Assembly (NCBI GenBank): GCA_051362555.1
Contig: CM120641.1
Span: 1,674,001-1,738,000 of the forward strand
Origin: Lingula anatina
Lineage: Eukaryota > Animalia > Brachiopoda
Length of the DNA stretch: 64,000 nt
Direction of reading: 5' to 3'
How positions within the stretch are numbered: position 1 is the stretch's first letter; every line of letters starts with the position of its first letter. This document shows, in pieces, positions 26,058-39,596 of the stretch. A program made the translations under genes and the position numbers. A model generated the notes under the pieces. The model worked only from the letters and a program-made list of their open reading frames with translations, was not told the origin of the DNA and did not search any database.

Positions 26058-29000
26058 ATATTTTCATTGTAAATTGTTGGAGCAATAGTAATTTGAAATA
26101 CGTTCTTCTTTTTACTGAAAAATAAAAGAAATTGGACAGCTGTTGATTATTGTTTTAAATAATAATAATTGGATGAATCATTTGAAATCAAATGGAACAA
26201 ACAGTCTCTGTTTCTTACCTGTAGGAACTAGATGTGTCACTGCTTACCTGTGCCTTGAACTTCACTGCCACCTTTTACCTACACCTGCCAACACAGGTAA
26301 GTACAGCAGGTGAAAAACTCGGGTGAGGTATGGTACTCTTTTTTTGATAATCATGCTAGCAGAACCAATTTGTACTTACGTTAATGAAAAACAAAAGTGA
26401 GGCATCTGGCTTTGTTCTTGTGCTGTAATATTTGAAATATCAAATTGAATATTGTATGAAATTCTGGTTTTTACGTTATTTATTTGGTTATTATTTAATC
26501 ATTTAATGATAAATGCAAATACATTATTTGCTCACTAACAATATTTCTATTATTTCAGCCCATGTATGATCCAGTGGTGACATTACCACATGTTGAATCT
26601 GTGGTGTCCACAATGCTGATGCCTTGCCTAGCATCTTATTCCTTCAAGATGGCACTGTCCAGATTAAGGTAAATTATAGTGGTTGATTGAAATAATGGCC
26701 AAATAGTTGACTGAAGTAGATGTTTGAAGGGGAATACTTACAGAATATGTGCTTGTGTGCACGCACCCATGCATGAGCGTGTGTAATTGTTAAAGTCTTG
26801 TTTCCCTTTCAGCAAGCACTCTGTTGTGTTAGGGGTTGACCAGCCATATGCCAAGGAGTCCCCATCAAACTTGCCTTCCTTGCTGTGTACTTTGAAATCA
26901 GGACAAGTGCCCCCTATTCTTCTCCATAATTCACCGTACAGTTTCCTGACTGCTATGGCCAGGCTCTTATTGTTCATGGGGAAGATTCACAAAGGTTTCA
27001 ATTCACAGGTACTGTTACAACTCTTTTTTTAATTGTTAAAAAAATCATTATTTTCCAAAATATTGTAGCATTTTCATGAACCTTTGCTTAAGCACAATTT
27101 CATTTCAACAAATGTTATATGATATCAAATAGCAGTTGGTCAGGTTTTTGTTTAATTATTACAAAAAAAAAATTAAAGTTTTTTGTCAGTTTCACTGCTC
27201 ATGTTATTCTTATATGTAAAATTATTTTCTCACTAAAACCATTATATTGTGTTTATAACATTAAACATAAAAGTTAACTAGACCTTTGATTTTTCCCCCG
27301 TTTCAGCTGTTTGACTCCATACTGTGCAATAAGGACACTCTTGGATATGTGAAGAGCATCTGCTCTGCAGGTTCTAGGTCTAACACTAGTGTCCTGACCA
27401 GATGTGAAAACCATCTGCAGTATTTTCTCATCAAGCTGGCTTGCTTGAAGGTATTTTTAGTCTGTGTTTATCTTTGTCAAGGTTCCAACAATTATGCCAG
27501 TTTTTCCCACTTGCTTAACAGTGTTATGTCACCTTCACCAAATTTGTTATAATCACAATTTTTATCACAGTTTTATTTATTTGATTATTTAATTTTTTTC
27601 AAATTTATCTTATGTGTTGCTGTAATTCCACATGATTTGGCCAATATTTTAATCAAGCTGAAAATTTGAAATGATGTTGGAGAAAGAAAAACCTGATGAT
27701 CAGGAGCTGGTTCAAGGCAGTAGTCAGCTGTGGAGTCTCTCTCTGCAGCTTATAAAGGGGCTGTAGAAAATGATGTTAAAAACAATTTGATTGGTGCATT
27801 TCTCTTTATTTGAAACTAGAGTAAGACTTTGAAGATATTGAAATAATGATAATAATAAATTGGTGAGTTAAATTGGCAAAATAGAAAAGAATTCTGAAGT
27901 CTCAAGTGCATAAGTCTTGAAATGTATATATTGTGTGGAGTAGTTATCCAATAAATAGTGTGATTTGTTGTCTCTCTACACATTTTGTAGATAGGTAAGA
28001 ACAAAAAAATTTACCCACAAGACATTTTATCCACAAAACAAAATACTTCTATTTAAAAAAACCTTTAAACAACAATAGGAACATTTATAGTGCACTATTA
28101 ATGAACCAAAAAATGCAAGTTCCCAATACCTAAGAACTTCCATTGCAACTTGTTGTAATAATTGCCTTAAAATGTTTACGGTACGACTTACTGAAGATAA
28201 AATACAAACAAGGATTCACAAAAGAATTAAGATAAAGCAATATCATGGTCACTTGATGCCACAGGTTGGGCAAAATCTGCAGTGGAACAACAAGAAATTC
28301 TATAACAATAAACGGCGTCCAGCACACATTGAACATGATATAGATAATGAACACCTGGGAAATAAGCTTGATTTCATCTCCGCTTACAGTATTTTCTGTT
28401 TGCTGATTGCCTGAATTGTAATGAGTGTGGATTCTCTTCCTACTGTTACGGACTTTCACAGTGATCAGGGAGTAGCAGGTGAGAATGGCAAGCTGAATCA
28501 TGAAGTAGAACACCATTACAGTGTAGGAGACATGAGTCAGTTTCCCTGGGGGCAACCTGAGGAGACATTGGTACACACGAGGACTGTAGGTGTAAAACGT
28601 ATCCTCATACACACCCAATGCAGGCATCACCTGGCTGAATGTCATAAAGGTCCATATTCCAAGAATAATAGCACCATTTTTCCAGCCTTTGAATACTCTT
28701 GGAGCTATCTTGGCATCAACGATTACACAGTATCTGTTGATGGCGATCACCATGATCTGAACGAGGCTCACCGTTGACGTGGTGCTCAACGCTATGGCAA
28801 CCAGGTTACAAATATCTTGACCAAAGAGCCATTCATTTCGAATCATTGAGGTCACTATGGTGGGAGTTCCGATCAGCAACAGGAGGAGATCGGCAATTGC
28901 CAAGTTGGCAATAAAGAGATGGGTAGACTGCTTCCGTAGTTCTTTAACTTTGGCAATTGTCACCAGTGTAATGAGATTGCCCATTGTCCCTGCCAGTGCT

Positions 29001-32000
29001 ATTATGATGATCACAATAGATACTACAATCCTCTCATGGAGCGGCTGGTCAGATTTCAGGTGAGAACTGCTGTCATTGGTCAAGGCAGCATTGGACACAT
29101 TGGTCTGCAGTCCTTGGTCTGTGCCAAGGTGCAAACTAACCAAGGTCATCTTGGGATTCTGTTCAGAATTCCAGTTAAGAAGTATATGACTGTCTGTGCA
29201 ATAAAAGGCAACTTCTCTCTGACAAGATGACACTTGTGACACTTGGAAAAGTCATTGTGTTTGTAACTGTGTGACTGTCTTTTGTACAAGAGGCAAACAA
29301 TGTGAGGCTTTGATTCACTGACCTTTAAAAGGCCATTACCATGGGAATACCATGGTTTCTTTTATTCTCTGTTCAAGGTATACCGAGTTGCTGGTTGCTT
29401 CTGACATTATTGTTATTATAATGTTTAGTTATCATTACTGCCTCTTTCACTTTACATTTTGATGTTCCTAGTTTTGGCTTACCCAATGGTGCCTTTCCAA
29501 GTTTGGTTTTGTTTTGCTAGCTGTTTCATCTAACTGTAATTGTTAAACACATTGAAAATAGAGTTCATTAATTACCTGATCTTTTCATTGAGAAAAAAAT
29601 TGCTAATTTTTCTAAATACATAGTTTTAGAATCATTAACGATATAATTTTGTGTAGCATTTCTGATTTTATTTTTCTGTGTAGAATAGAACTAAAGGAGC
29701 CTGCTTTTCATTTATGTTGCTATCACTCAATACAAATGCTCTTATTTTTAAATATTATGACTTTAAAATTATAGTATCTGTAAAATTCACAATTTCCCCC
29801 CATTAAAAAGCTCAAGTTATTACCGTACTCACATGGTACTGCTCCACTGGATGGGGTTTCCTTCAGGACAAAAGGTACCTTTCTTACTCATTACATTGTT
29901 TCTTCAATCTGTAAACCGTTCTTGGTTTGGTCTTTTCTTTACGTGAAGTCAAAGTATATTGTTGAAATTGGCTCTTGGTACAATTTCTAACACACTGCTT
30001 TACTTCAGTACAGTTGTCACTGCTTTCTACTGGATTTTCTGTAGTTGCTGTTGACTCATTGGGAGCTGCCTCAAGTTTGACACCAGTTTCTTTGAACTGT
30101 GGATGTCTTTGGTTCCTAGAATGTCATAACTGTCATTAGCACAGTGACATCATTTCCTCATGGTACATTAGGTGATATTTCATGATTACTGAAGCTGGTG
30201 TCAGGGTTACTTGTGAAACAGTTCAGGTGCTTCTCTTGTCATGTGGTAAGATGTTATTACGTCTGAAAATGAAGGAAAAAAAATTAAAAAATCAGTGCAT
30301 ATATTTAAAGAGATCCTTTGGTAGTTTTAATCCATAAAGGAGTTAAAACACATACACATGGTATTAGCCCCCATATCTTGTCTATAGATAGACTTCTTTG
30401 CACTGATGCCATGTGTTAATTTACTTCTCTAAAGAAGTAAATGTTAATATATCATTTGGTTCAGCATGGTTTAAGCAAACTCTTTATTAAATCCTTACTT
30501 CAGGATGTAAGGTGTGAAGTGCAATTCACCCATTGACACGTCTGTAATCACAATGCCTGCTCTTCATTGCTGACTTCTTAATTCTGGGATTATTGGATGA
30601 TGCAATCTAGGGCTCTGTTGTTTCTCCGCCTTTAGTCTGAGCCCAATTTTGTCGAAACTGATTTGCTTTGCTTGAATCCCCTATTGCAATTAGACACTCC
30701 AAAATGAGTTCTGATGATATTTTCCCACTTTCAGACTTAATACCCTGCTTATCATTATCGCTTTCATAGAAAGACCTGAAACTGATGTTAATATTGAATT
30801 TCAACACAATCGATACTTCAGATGATTTCCCCGGCCAATTGGTTTAGATTCCATGTTTTCTTTCAAATCACCAGGTAATAGTTATAGATGAGATCATTTG
30901 TCAGATGCTTCAGTTGCTATCTGCTGTAACAATTAGAACAGTAAATCTGATATTGATCTTACAAGTGAACTCCACTCCAAATATACTTGTTACGCTTGAT
31001 ATCATCTCTGCCAGTGTTAGCTAGTTAGCTGAATAATGCATAGACTTAATCTGTAATATTGCCTCACAAGCATACATGGAATATTGAATTCCTTGGTTTA
31101 CATTCACCGTCTGATGAACACCATGAAGCTTGTCAATGGGTCGTACAAAGTTATTTTACTGACAACGAGCAGTGAGGCGCTACGGATTAGATTGATGGCC
31201 GTTTGTGCAGTGTCACCTGGATGACATATCACCTCAATTAAGATTAAACTTGGATCTGATCTCCAGGCGGAAAGAGACTCTGTAAGCTATGCTCTGAACC
31301 CTAGAAATGCCATCAGCTTTGTTAAATGTAAACCCTCACATAACCACAGGATAGTGCTGTTTTACAATTTTTTTAGTACTGGAGAAAAGATAAATTGTCA
31401 CAGAAAGTTACATGCCCTGAGTGGCATATCCTCTACGTGATAACCGTATGATGGATGAGAAAATTGTAGATAGGTGTGGATAATTTTCACCTTGTTCAAA
31501 TGTGAAAAGTGGTTGAAAATTAATAACACAAAGATTTCTCATTAACTCGGTTTCCAAGAATTTTTATAAAGCAAATGTCATTTTCAGATCCTTTTTCTGT
31601 ATGAAAAGAAATGTTTTATTTAGTGATACACCATGAACATGCAGTATGCTTCAACACAATATATTATGACATGTGACCTTACACATTAGGTTAGTCAAAA
31701 AATAAAACAGAGATTTAGGAAATTATTTATAAAATATAATATCACTAATTTTTTTTCATTTCAGACAGGAGCAGTAAAAGCAGAGCAGTACCACCAGTTA
31801 TCTTTGTGCCTTTTAACTCGCCTTCAACACGGTGATGAACATTACATCCATGACATACTCTCCACAGTACTCTTCAACCCTGATTTCCTCTGGTAAGATT
31901 GCCATTCTACCTCATACAAGTATTAGCACTCATCCTCACAGGCAGTGGGTACTATCTTATCTACTTATTCCCTCCTTAGAATTACCATAAAAGAAAGAAA

Positions 32001-35000
32001 ATGGATCCTAAAGGGATCACATTCGCATTACCTTTATTCTATATTGGTTCGCATTTGATGTAGTTTCCTCGAAATTTGAAAACGGTCACCTGTATCATCT
32101 GGAAAATGTCACCAGCTTACTACATCAGTGCTAAATTGTTTTGCGTGCAACATTATGAATAAACAAATTATTAAAAGATCAGCATGATCAGATATGATTG
32201 CCAATCTCTTTTTCATTATTGCTTCCCTCCGGAGCTATTAGATGTCAAAGTTGTTATAGGTGCTTCTCTAATAAATGTTTCTCTAATGAAATTTGACAGA
32301 CAACTACGCACATTTCTCAGATTATAAAGAAACCATTTTTATTTTTTTATAGATTTTCTTTTCATTTCTGTTTTAGTCTAAACCATTCAGAGACAAAATT
32401 AAAAAGCTCAGTTCATGGCCATCATGAACAGAAACTGCCCAGTGAAAGTGGTGGAGAAATGGAAAAAGACCTCATGAAAAATATCCAGAAAAACCTGCCT
32501 AGCATACGGGCAACGTACCTGGAGAGTTTTGGAAGAGATGTTAAAAATCTCCTAAAATCAAGGTAGTGATAATTGCATCTGTTTGCTTAATTACATACTT
32601 CTATGTACTGTATGGTGATGAAAATTTTAGAAAAATCTTCTAATCAATTTCCAAAATTATATTTTGTTTCCAGTAAATGATAATGATTTTTTGAATAACC
32701 TTTTGGTTTATATTTAGTAAATCCCTTTTTGTGAGAAACTGAAAATAAACGTCTTTTTTTTTTCAATGCCTATATCAAAAAGACTGTTTTGATAATCACA
32801 TTACTGGCAGTCCATGTTAACTATGATCAACATAATAGGTTCTTACAAATGATATATGTATACTTATCTGATACCTGTGCTATCATGGTGTTCTTTTGCC
32901 GTTTTAGATCATGGTCACTCCATCTTGCCCATGAAGTGGACACTCAAATGACCGGCCCCCTGACCAACCCCGTTGTTCCTGTAGACTGGATGTTCCTCCC
33001 CCTGATGGTGCTCTACCAGGTCACTTCTACACTGTGAGTACATATACTGTTCTCTACCAGTTTGCTTTTACACTGTGAGCATGTTTCAAAATGATACATA
33101 TATAGCGTTCTCTATGACATTCATTTTAGTCCATTAGCAGAATTGTAGTCAGAGAAATGATTTTTCCCGTACTTGTTTTCGTAAATTGATCAGTGTCCTA
33201 ATCAATCATTTGGAATTTTTTATACGTACCGTATGAGACCGAGTATAGTGCTTGAGTGATTCAAGTTCACTGTCACTCTGAATAGGTACCACTCTCTTGA
33301 TTGGTAACTCTGCTGTTGCCAGTTGTCTGATGACGTCTTATTTATTGTTTAAGGATGCGTTCAGAACTGGTGAGGGCTAGAAGTATTTTAACTTAAACCA
33401 GGTTTACTAGTAGTACATTCAGTGTTACAAGTGGTGCTGTTTCTTGAACAAGCGGGTTTAAATTATAGGTCATAATGGGGAGAGGTCCTCAACAGGGTCT
33501 CAATATGATCCGGGTGTTTTGGTGAGGTCAGTTGTATCTTCTTCTGTCTCATTTAGAACTGGTCTGAACGCACCTAGATATGACACCCCTGGAATCTCAC
33601 ACAATGATACTTTTTGTCACAATAGCAAGAAGATAATATGAAAAGATCTATAGGAGACAATTATCTCTGTGTTTAGGTTTCCTGTTACATGCCCTCTGAT
33701 TGTCTGGACACTGAAACCACAAAAGACAATTCAGTTTTGACATCCAAGGGTGTCTATTAGGGGAATCATACACAAATTCTAGACATGAAATTGATTATTT
33801 CCTTTGTATTACCATAGAAACTTGATTGTTAAAATGAAAACAGCACCTGGTCACTGTGCACATATTCATTTGCTGTGGAAATTAGAGAAACCAATTAACG
33901 TCAGCACAGGGTTACCCAGCAGTCAGGAGGTCTTTGTGGGGTTCTAAGGGTGTATTCCCAGAGATTAAGATTTAGATCGACCTAACTCCCTGGGGATTCA
34001 CGCTAAATTGCAGTCAATCGAGCACGCACCATAGTAAATTACCCCCTTACAGCTTTTAGTAGGTGGGACAGACGCTTAAACCGGCTAAGCTGACAGTAAT
34101 CTAGTGAGACTTCCCACAGGGATAGATCGATCTAAAATCTATGGAAATGGGGTCTAAGTCAATGGTCTCACAGGTTTGGACAGTGGCATTCAGATTACAT
34201 GCTCAATTCCTTATATATAGCATTTGTTTTCAGTAATGGGTTTGACATTAAGGTTCATTGCTTTTCTGCTGTTAATAGATTTATGCCTCTAATAAAAGGA
34301 TATACCTCTTAACAACATAAATTTTCAATCTCTATTTCTACCCTTATTTGCACTACTGTAATTGTACGATTTTTTTTTACCTAGAGAAACAGTGCAAGTT
34401 TGTTAGCATATGAGTGTGTGTGTGATTCATAAGCTAAAAATTGTAAGATTGTATCTTGTTTTGCTACTGAATGAGAAAAGGATTTAGTTCTCTATGTCTG
34501 TCTGCTTGTGATCTGTTAGTTTATTTAATTAATTATTTAATAATTTATTCTGTTAATGTTTAAGTATTTGTGATCTGATGGCACATGATCACTGTTTGTC
34601 TGTGATCTCTTTGGATTGTAAATGCCATCCTGGCCTTTTCTTCCTCATTGATGATTAATTTTATCTTTAAACGTTCGGTTTAAGTCTGGATACGTATTAA
34701 GCAGTGTGCTGGTGCACTGCCAATACTGGTGCATTTGTTCTATGGCAAGTTTTTTTTTTTACACAACAATTTACTAAGTATGCTCTTCTCTCTTTAACCA
34801 AAAACTACCAACGACCTTTCCATGTTCATATGGCAAATACTAACAGTGAAAAAAATGTCCTACACCCAATGATTGTAAGTTTATAATTGATTTTTTTTCT
34901 AGAGGCAGAAAGTGAGTCTGGAAAATGCTGAAAAAATGCACTGCAGCCCAAAATTTTATGAATCTTAATGTTATATTCCAGAGAGGCAGCAGGGGAATCT

Positions 35001-37677
35001 GTTGAAAAGTTGCCAGCCAAGCACGTGTCCACAGTGTCCAACTGCCTCCAGTGGGTCTACCTTTTAGAGCACTGTAGACATCAGCTCACCAGGGACATCT
35101 CTGCCGCTACCAGGATCAGCAGAGTCATGTGCACCTTTCTCATTGGTGAGGATCTGCACCGTTTGATGAATTTCCTTAAAGGAAATTGGTTATATTAAAA
35201 GGATTTCAGGCCTTTTTGAATGTGTAGTATTTATGTATTTATTTATTTATTTATGTTATTGAAATCTCTTCATTTTTTATTTATTTATTTGTTCTTTCAT
35301 TCATTTTTTGTTTGTTTGTTTGTTTGTTTAGATTTGATTTACTTATTCATTATCATGAATTTTTGTTAAATTATTTATTTCAAATATCTATGATTGGCCT
35401 GTATTCAAATATATTAGACTTGACTCTTAACCAAGAAGGCTTGATTGTTCCTTTGAATACAGACCTCTGAATTGGTGAAACCACAAGAGACACTTGACGT
35501 CATTTGCTGTAATTGACTAATGTAAAGCTCATCCCGTTACTAATGGTATAATGTATATGGTGTGTTGCTGATTAAACAGTGTAACAAGCAATGGCAGTGA
35601 TCAGATTTCCATGTGAATAGACTTCTCTCCCATGTGACTGTAGAGAACTGTTACATGACTGGAGTGATGTCCCTATTGAATATGCTTTGTGATGTATATT
35701 AATTCTGTTTCTGCAAGCCTAAGCTGTGTATGGAATAGATAGCTAAAGCAAAGATATATAGCACAATCTAAAACTTTGCACATGATATTCCAATTTGTAA
35801 AGACTGATCTAGGAAAACTGCATTGACCCTGCTGTGTTTATTAAACAATTAATTTCAACACAAATATAAGAATAATTGCCAGAGTGTAATACCCCATGGG
35901 ATTGGACCCATTAGTGCAGTTTTTTTATATTTTTTATTTTTATTTATTTTATTTTTTCATTTCCAGGCAGTGACTTGTTTTTAGAAGGGCCAGTCCACTG
36001 TTTGTTGGCAGCTCTAATGAAGATGTATTGTCAGGCAAATATTATGGAAACTGTGGATTTTGATGAGAAGATACCAGGCCTTGCGTCTTTCTATGACCTG
36101 TGAGTCTCTCCCTCCCCACCTCTCCCTCTCTCTCTCTGTTTTAGATAATAAGTCATCCATCATATTGATTCTTTTGATGGATTGCATTTTACCTCAGCCA
36201 GTTGATTTTATTGCATGGATACACATAGTTATCTGATTATTACATTAAGATAATTTGTTAAAAGCATTTTTTTCTCTGTTCTCTCTGAAAATGAATGGTA
36301 TTAGCAGATCTGTATCCTTGGTAATAAGCCTGTTTAATTTCATAACAACAGTCTTATGGTTTTATTGTTTCAAATTATTAATATATAAGAAAATTACTTA
36401 TCTGGTGAAATAGAGAAACACTTTTACTCATGATGAAGACACTGTAATAAAAGCAGTTCTATATTCCAGCTTTGTTTCCCTTGTGGAGCAGTATGAGGCA
36501 GTGTCATTTGGTGACCCACTGTTTGCCAGCTATCTGCTGCTTCCCATGGCTCAGAGACACAGTGTACGGTATAGGAAGGCGGTGTGGGGAGAGCATGTCA
36601 CAGTCCTCAGGCTGGTCACAGTGACCTGGTCACAGGTCAGTAACTGTTTGTGTGTTTGGGGGGGGGGGACTCACTGACCAGTGTTCTCAAGCTGATTAAA
36701 GTGATGTTGGCAGATAAGTGTGTATGCGTGTGTGTCTTAAGGCTGCTGACACTGACCCGTTCAGAGGTTGGTATGTGTCAGTCTTGGGCTTAGTACTGTA
36801 ACTTTGTCAGAGGTGATTTTTGTAGTGATATGGCCAGGGATTTGTTACTTGGTAAAATTTGTTGTTTTATTATTTCTTGTGGTTTTGTGACATAGAGGTG
36901 TGTGCGTGCATGTGCATGTGCAGGGGGGGGGGGGGATAGAGAGTCAAAATATTTCCTTATTGATCAAAGATGATTGTTGCAAACCATCTGTTTGCATGAA
37001 ATATCAGTAATAATGCTTTAATATATTCTCTTTCTTTATCTGCAGCTTCCCATACAGTTGCAGAACTTTCTAGAGCCAGAGGAAACCAACTTGGAGCTAC
37101 TGAGATTCTACCTTCAGTCTCTCCTCAGTAGTAGTGTGACTCCCAGTAGAAACCCAGTACTGTACACTATAGCACTGCACCACGTGAACAGGTTTATATA
37201 CCTCCAGGGTCAACATATGAAGATGAAAAAACTGATGATTCAGCAGATTTGTAAGACCACAAATGAGGTAAGACAGTGTTTGTGGTTATTTTGAAAATTT
37301 GTTTTTTTTTTCATTTAAATGTGTTAATTTGTATAAGTGTATCTTATTTACATGCAGAAGGGTGTATAAATGATGTGATAAAAATATTTTGAATGGATGA
37401 AATATCCGTAGAATAATAACAAAGCTGCTGTTGTTAACTTGTTCTTTATGTGGCATTTGTTATAAAGTGCTCAGCAAATTAAATTTTTTTGACCAACTTT
37501 AACAAATTTCTCTTTCAGGATTTAAAAAAGCATCTTCTGTTTTACAAGATGGCCAACAAAGAGTCACTTGAAGGTGTAGAACTGTACTCTGTATTGCCTC
37601 AACACAGGAAGGAGCTGCTGACTTCCACAGTGCCTGACATAGAAGACTTTTTAAAAAATGCTTGTCATGAAGGTTAA
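18470..37677 (+). CDS. RPAP1: RNA polymerase II-associated protein 1, 30 coding exons, ~1,351 aa
   Basis: Motifs: SRPKPGDDEDDLLEFQ, KRSIFAQQ, IHEENLATMASMTEQEILAEQ..LDPKLIELL (RPAP1_N), ARFDFQG..GLHHHGEDPQRPGYTLEELFTLARS (RPAP1_C), PVDWMFLPL, EQYEAVSFGDPLF. Exons: 18470-18686, 19092-19223, 19510-19550, 19793-19882, 20233-20362, 20624-20743, 20951-21079, 21387-21499, 21765-21866, 22231-22332, 22567-22734, 23075-23218, 23523-23727, 24153-24256, 24462-24517, 24905-25006, 25310-25471, 25839-25971, 26225-26296, 26559-26668, 26813-27008, 27307-27450, 31765-31892, 32377-32562, 32908-33033, 34982-35145, 35967-36099, 36470-36635, 37046-37267, 37519-37677. Phases are consistent throughout. Confidence 0.93.
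19820..20133 (+). repeat. 79-bp tandem repeat x4 spanning the 3' part of RPAP1 coding exon 4 and its donor site
   Basis: Unit tatttccccagacaggtg(t/a)ctgatgctttccctaaggtactacagtgggacccaaagtctaaggtaaatatctgtacaa starts at 19820, 19899, 19978 and 20057. Confidence 0.95.
25972..26058 (+). repeat. (GT)n(GA)n microsatellite beginning at an RPAP1 splice donor
   Basis: ACACAG|GTGTGTGT... runs ~74 nt, followed by GAGAGA. Confidence 0.95.
28130..29149 (-). CDS. Class A (rhodopsin-like) GPCR of the NRY type (melatonin receptor / Moody-Tre1 / GPR84-like), coding region intronless, nested in an RPAP1 intron
   Basis: Seven hydrophobic segments: GN in TM1, FIANLAIADL in TM2, IAINRYCVI in TM3, CWTP in TM6, NSFVNPCLY in TM7; N-terminal N-glycosylation sequons NVS and NDS. 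First ATG at 29149 (the ORF track starts at a GTG at 29242). A minus-strand acceptor ttttattgcacag| lies at ~29194. Confidence 0.9.
   Translation of the reverse strand: MTLVSLHLGTDQGLQTNVSNAALTNDSSSHLKSDQPLHERIVVSIVIIIIALAGTMGNLITLVTIAKVKELRKQSTHLFIANLAIADLLLLLIGTPTIVTSMIRNEWLFGQDICNLVAIALSTTSTVSLVQIMVIAINRYCVIVDAKIAPRVFKGWKNGAIILGIWTFMTFSQVMPALGVYEDTFYTYSPRVYQCLLRLPPGKLTHVSYTVMVFYFMIQLAILTCYSLITVKVRNSRKRIHTHYNSGNQQTENTVSGDEIKLISQVFIIYIMFNVCWTPFIVIEFLVVPLQILPNLWHQVTMILLYLNSFVNPCLYFIFSKSYRKHFKAIITTSCNGSS
33353..33573. mobile_element. Short TIR element (Harbinger-like MITE)
   Basis: Ends GGATGCGTTCAGA / TCTGAACGCACC with TAA/TAG flanks. Confidence 0.5.
33948..34154. mobile_element. PIF/Harbinger MITE, subfamily 2, in an RPAP1 intron
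   Basis: TAA on both flanks; interior (tagatcgacctaactccctgggg...gacagtaatctagtgagact...gatagatcgatcta) matches 12305-12519. Confidence 0.72.
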
Positions 37678-37999
37678 AAATTCACAGAAAAAAAAGTAAT
37701 TTAAAAAGCGCTAGCTTTGAAGATTAAAAATTCACAGAAATAAGAATTTACTGTCCACATATTAGTTCCCTGTTGTGATGAACAGGAATTTTATGTTCGT
37801 GCGTAATGGAGCTGGACAATTATGAGAAGATTCTGAGTACCTACATCAATAAAAATTGAAAGTTGTTTACAGTAAAGAAACACCTCTACCATAGGTAATA
37901 AAATCCAATCATGATTTTTTTTAATCCAGCCTTACGAAGAAGTATGAAAGACTAATTTTTCATTTATTAATTTTTCAAAATGTTGCATCATGTTATTAA

Positions 38000-38329
38000 A
38001 GGGATAATAACTCTTCGTTTTGGCCAAAAAATTAATTTTCCTGGAGTAAACAACAATTTTCCCATACTTACCAATGGTTAATGAATCCATTTTTACATTC
38101 AAAGTAAGTGACTTTTTTTTCTAAAAAGTTTGGTTTTTTGTTAAAATCTCTTAAGAGATCATAACACAGTATAGCCATCAATGGAGGTCACGTGGTCTGA
38201 CGACAAGCTCAGATATCAGAATAATAGCTTTAACTGCTGTTTTTGTTGTAAAACAATATATATTTCTATGAGTTATTCACAATCTTTTTATTGTGAAATA
38301 TAGACCTCACACGAAGAGTTATTATCCCT
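38000..38329. mobile_element. Non-autonomous TTAA-targeting DNA transposon (Kolobok-like), just downstream of RPAP1
   Basis: Perfect 19-bp TIR AGGGATAATAACTCTTCGT / ACGAAGAGTTATTATCCCT, flanked by TTAA on both sides. Confidence 0.8.
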
Positions 38330-39055
38330 TTAAGCTTTAACAAAAATTTTCAATGCATATATGTTTTAAAGTCGAAGTACAATGTTGATATTGTATATAA
38401 CTAAATATTTACTCAGTACTGCTATCATGAATTGTTTCAAGATATTTATTTTATTAAAATGTATCTTCTGATTTTTATTGTGTTGTCATTGAAAGTTCGA
38501 TTAAGTTTTGCATTTAGGAAATCAAGCACATTTTGTAGCGCTTATAACATCATATAACTTAAAGATGTCCTCACGCTCTTGCGTTACAGGATTAGATCTA
38601 TATTTCTCCTTTTCACAAGTTCACATCCACCTCTTTCGTCAAGTTAAATTTTTTCTCTGGGCGCCGTTTAGATGATTCTCTTGTCAATTTCTCCAAGTGT
38701 ACCAGTCCAGTTGGATGTGCTGCTCTATATGAAAACAGTGTGTGTATGTATTAGTTTTATATATTTGAAACAAAGTAATACAACTTAACATTCACACGGT
38801 ACAGTCGGTAAAATTATAAAAATAGAGATAAAAAAGAGCGAGTTCGTCAAGGAGTGGAAAGTTTTGAGATGAGTTTATATGTGGCAGGTTTATTTTTATC
38901 GCAAAGAGATAAAGAAACGTAATTTAGAAGGCATCATATCCGGACATATTTCTCCAGCATGGTAACCGTAACGTACTTGGCCTTATTATGGTCAACACTT
39001 TCTGTATCAAACAGTGGCGACACATTTTAAATAGTGCCCTTTGGTGGCAGTCGTA

Positions 39056-39242
39056 CAGGCCCCTAGCCAGCAATTGCAAAAAGGGGGGGGGGGGGCATTT
39101 TTCTGAAAACGTGGACCTTTTGTCATGAATCCTTTGTTTACCTCGATCATATTTACGCAGAGTAAATCTTTTCCCAGCAAAAAAGGGGTTCTTTCAACCC
39201 CCCACCCCCGAACCCCACCCCACACCCTCGGCAACGTGCCTG
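39056..39242. mobile_element. Short CAG...CTG element (hAT-like MITE) with a 6-bp target duplication
   Basis: Ends CAGGCCCCTAGCC / GGCAACGTGCCTG; GTCGTA is directly repeated on both flanks; internal poly-G and poly-C runs. Confidence 0.6.
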
Positions 39243-39542
39243 GTCGTATCTGTTTGCAGGCACGTGTGCAGGTTAATATATTTGAAATTCTTAATGCAGT
39301 TTTTCCTGTGCAATTTTGGTCGTGTTGACGAGCTGATTTCTGCAAACGGTAAAGAAGGTAGTACCGGTACATAGAAGCACTGGCACATAGGTATATGCCC
39401 ATTCTGTACATTTTAATGAACATTTAACGAAATATTACTTGTTACGTTATTACAAAGACTTTCCACGTGTCGTATGCACGTGAGACAGATCTTTGACACC
39501 AGAGAAGGAAAGCTACTGTTTTCAAACTAACACATCCCCCCC

Positions 39543-39545
<3 letters not shown>

Positions 39546-39596
<51 letters not shown>

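Noticed and set aside
28130-29242. Possible opsin
   Set aside because: The TM7 position six residues before NPxxY, where opsins carry the retinal-binding Lys, is Tyr (YLNSFVNPCLY).
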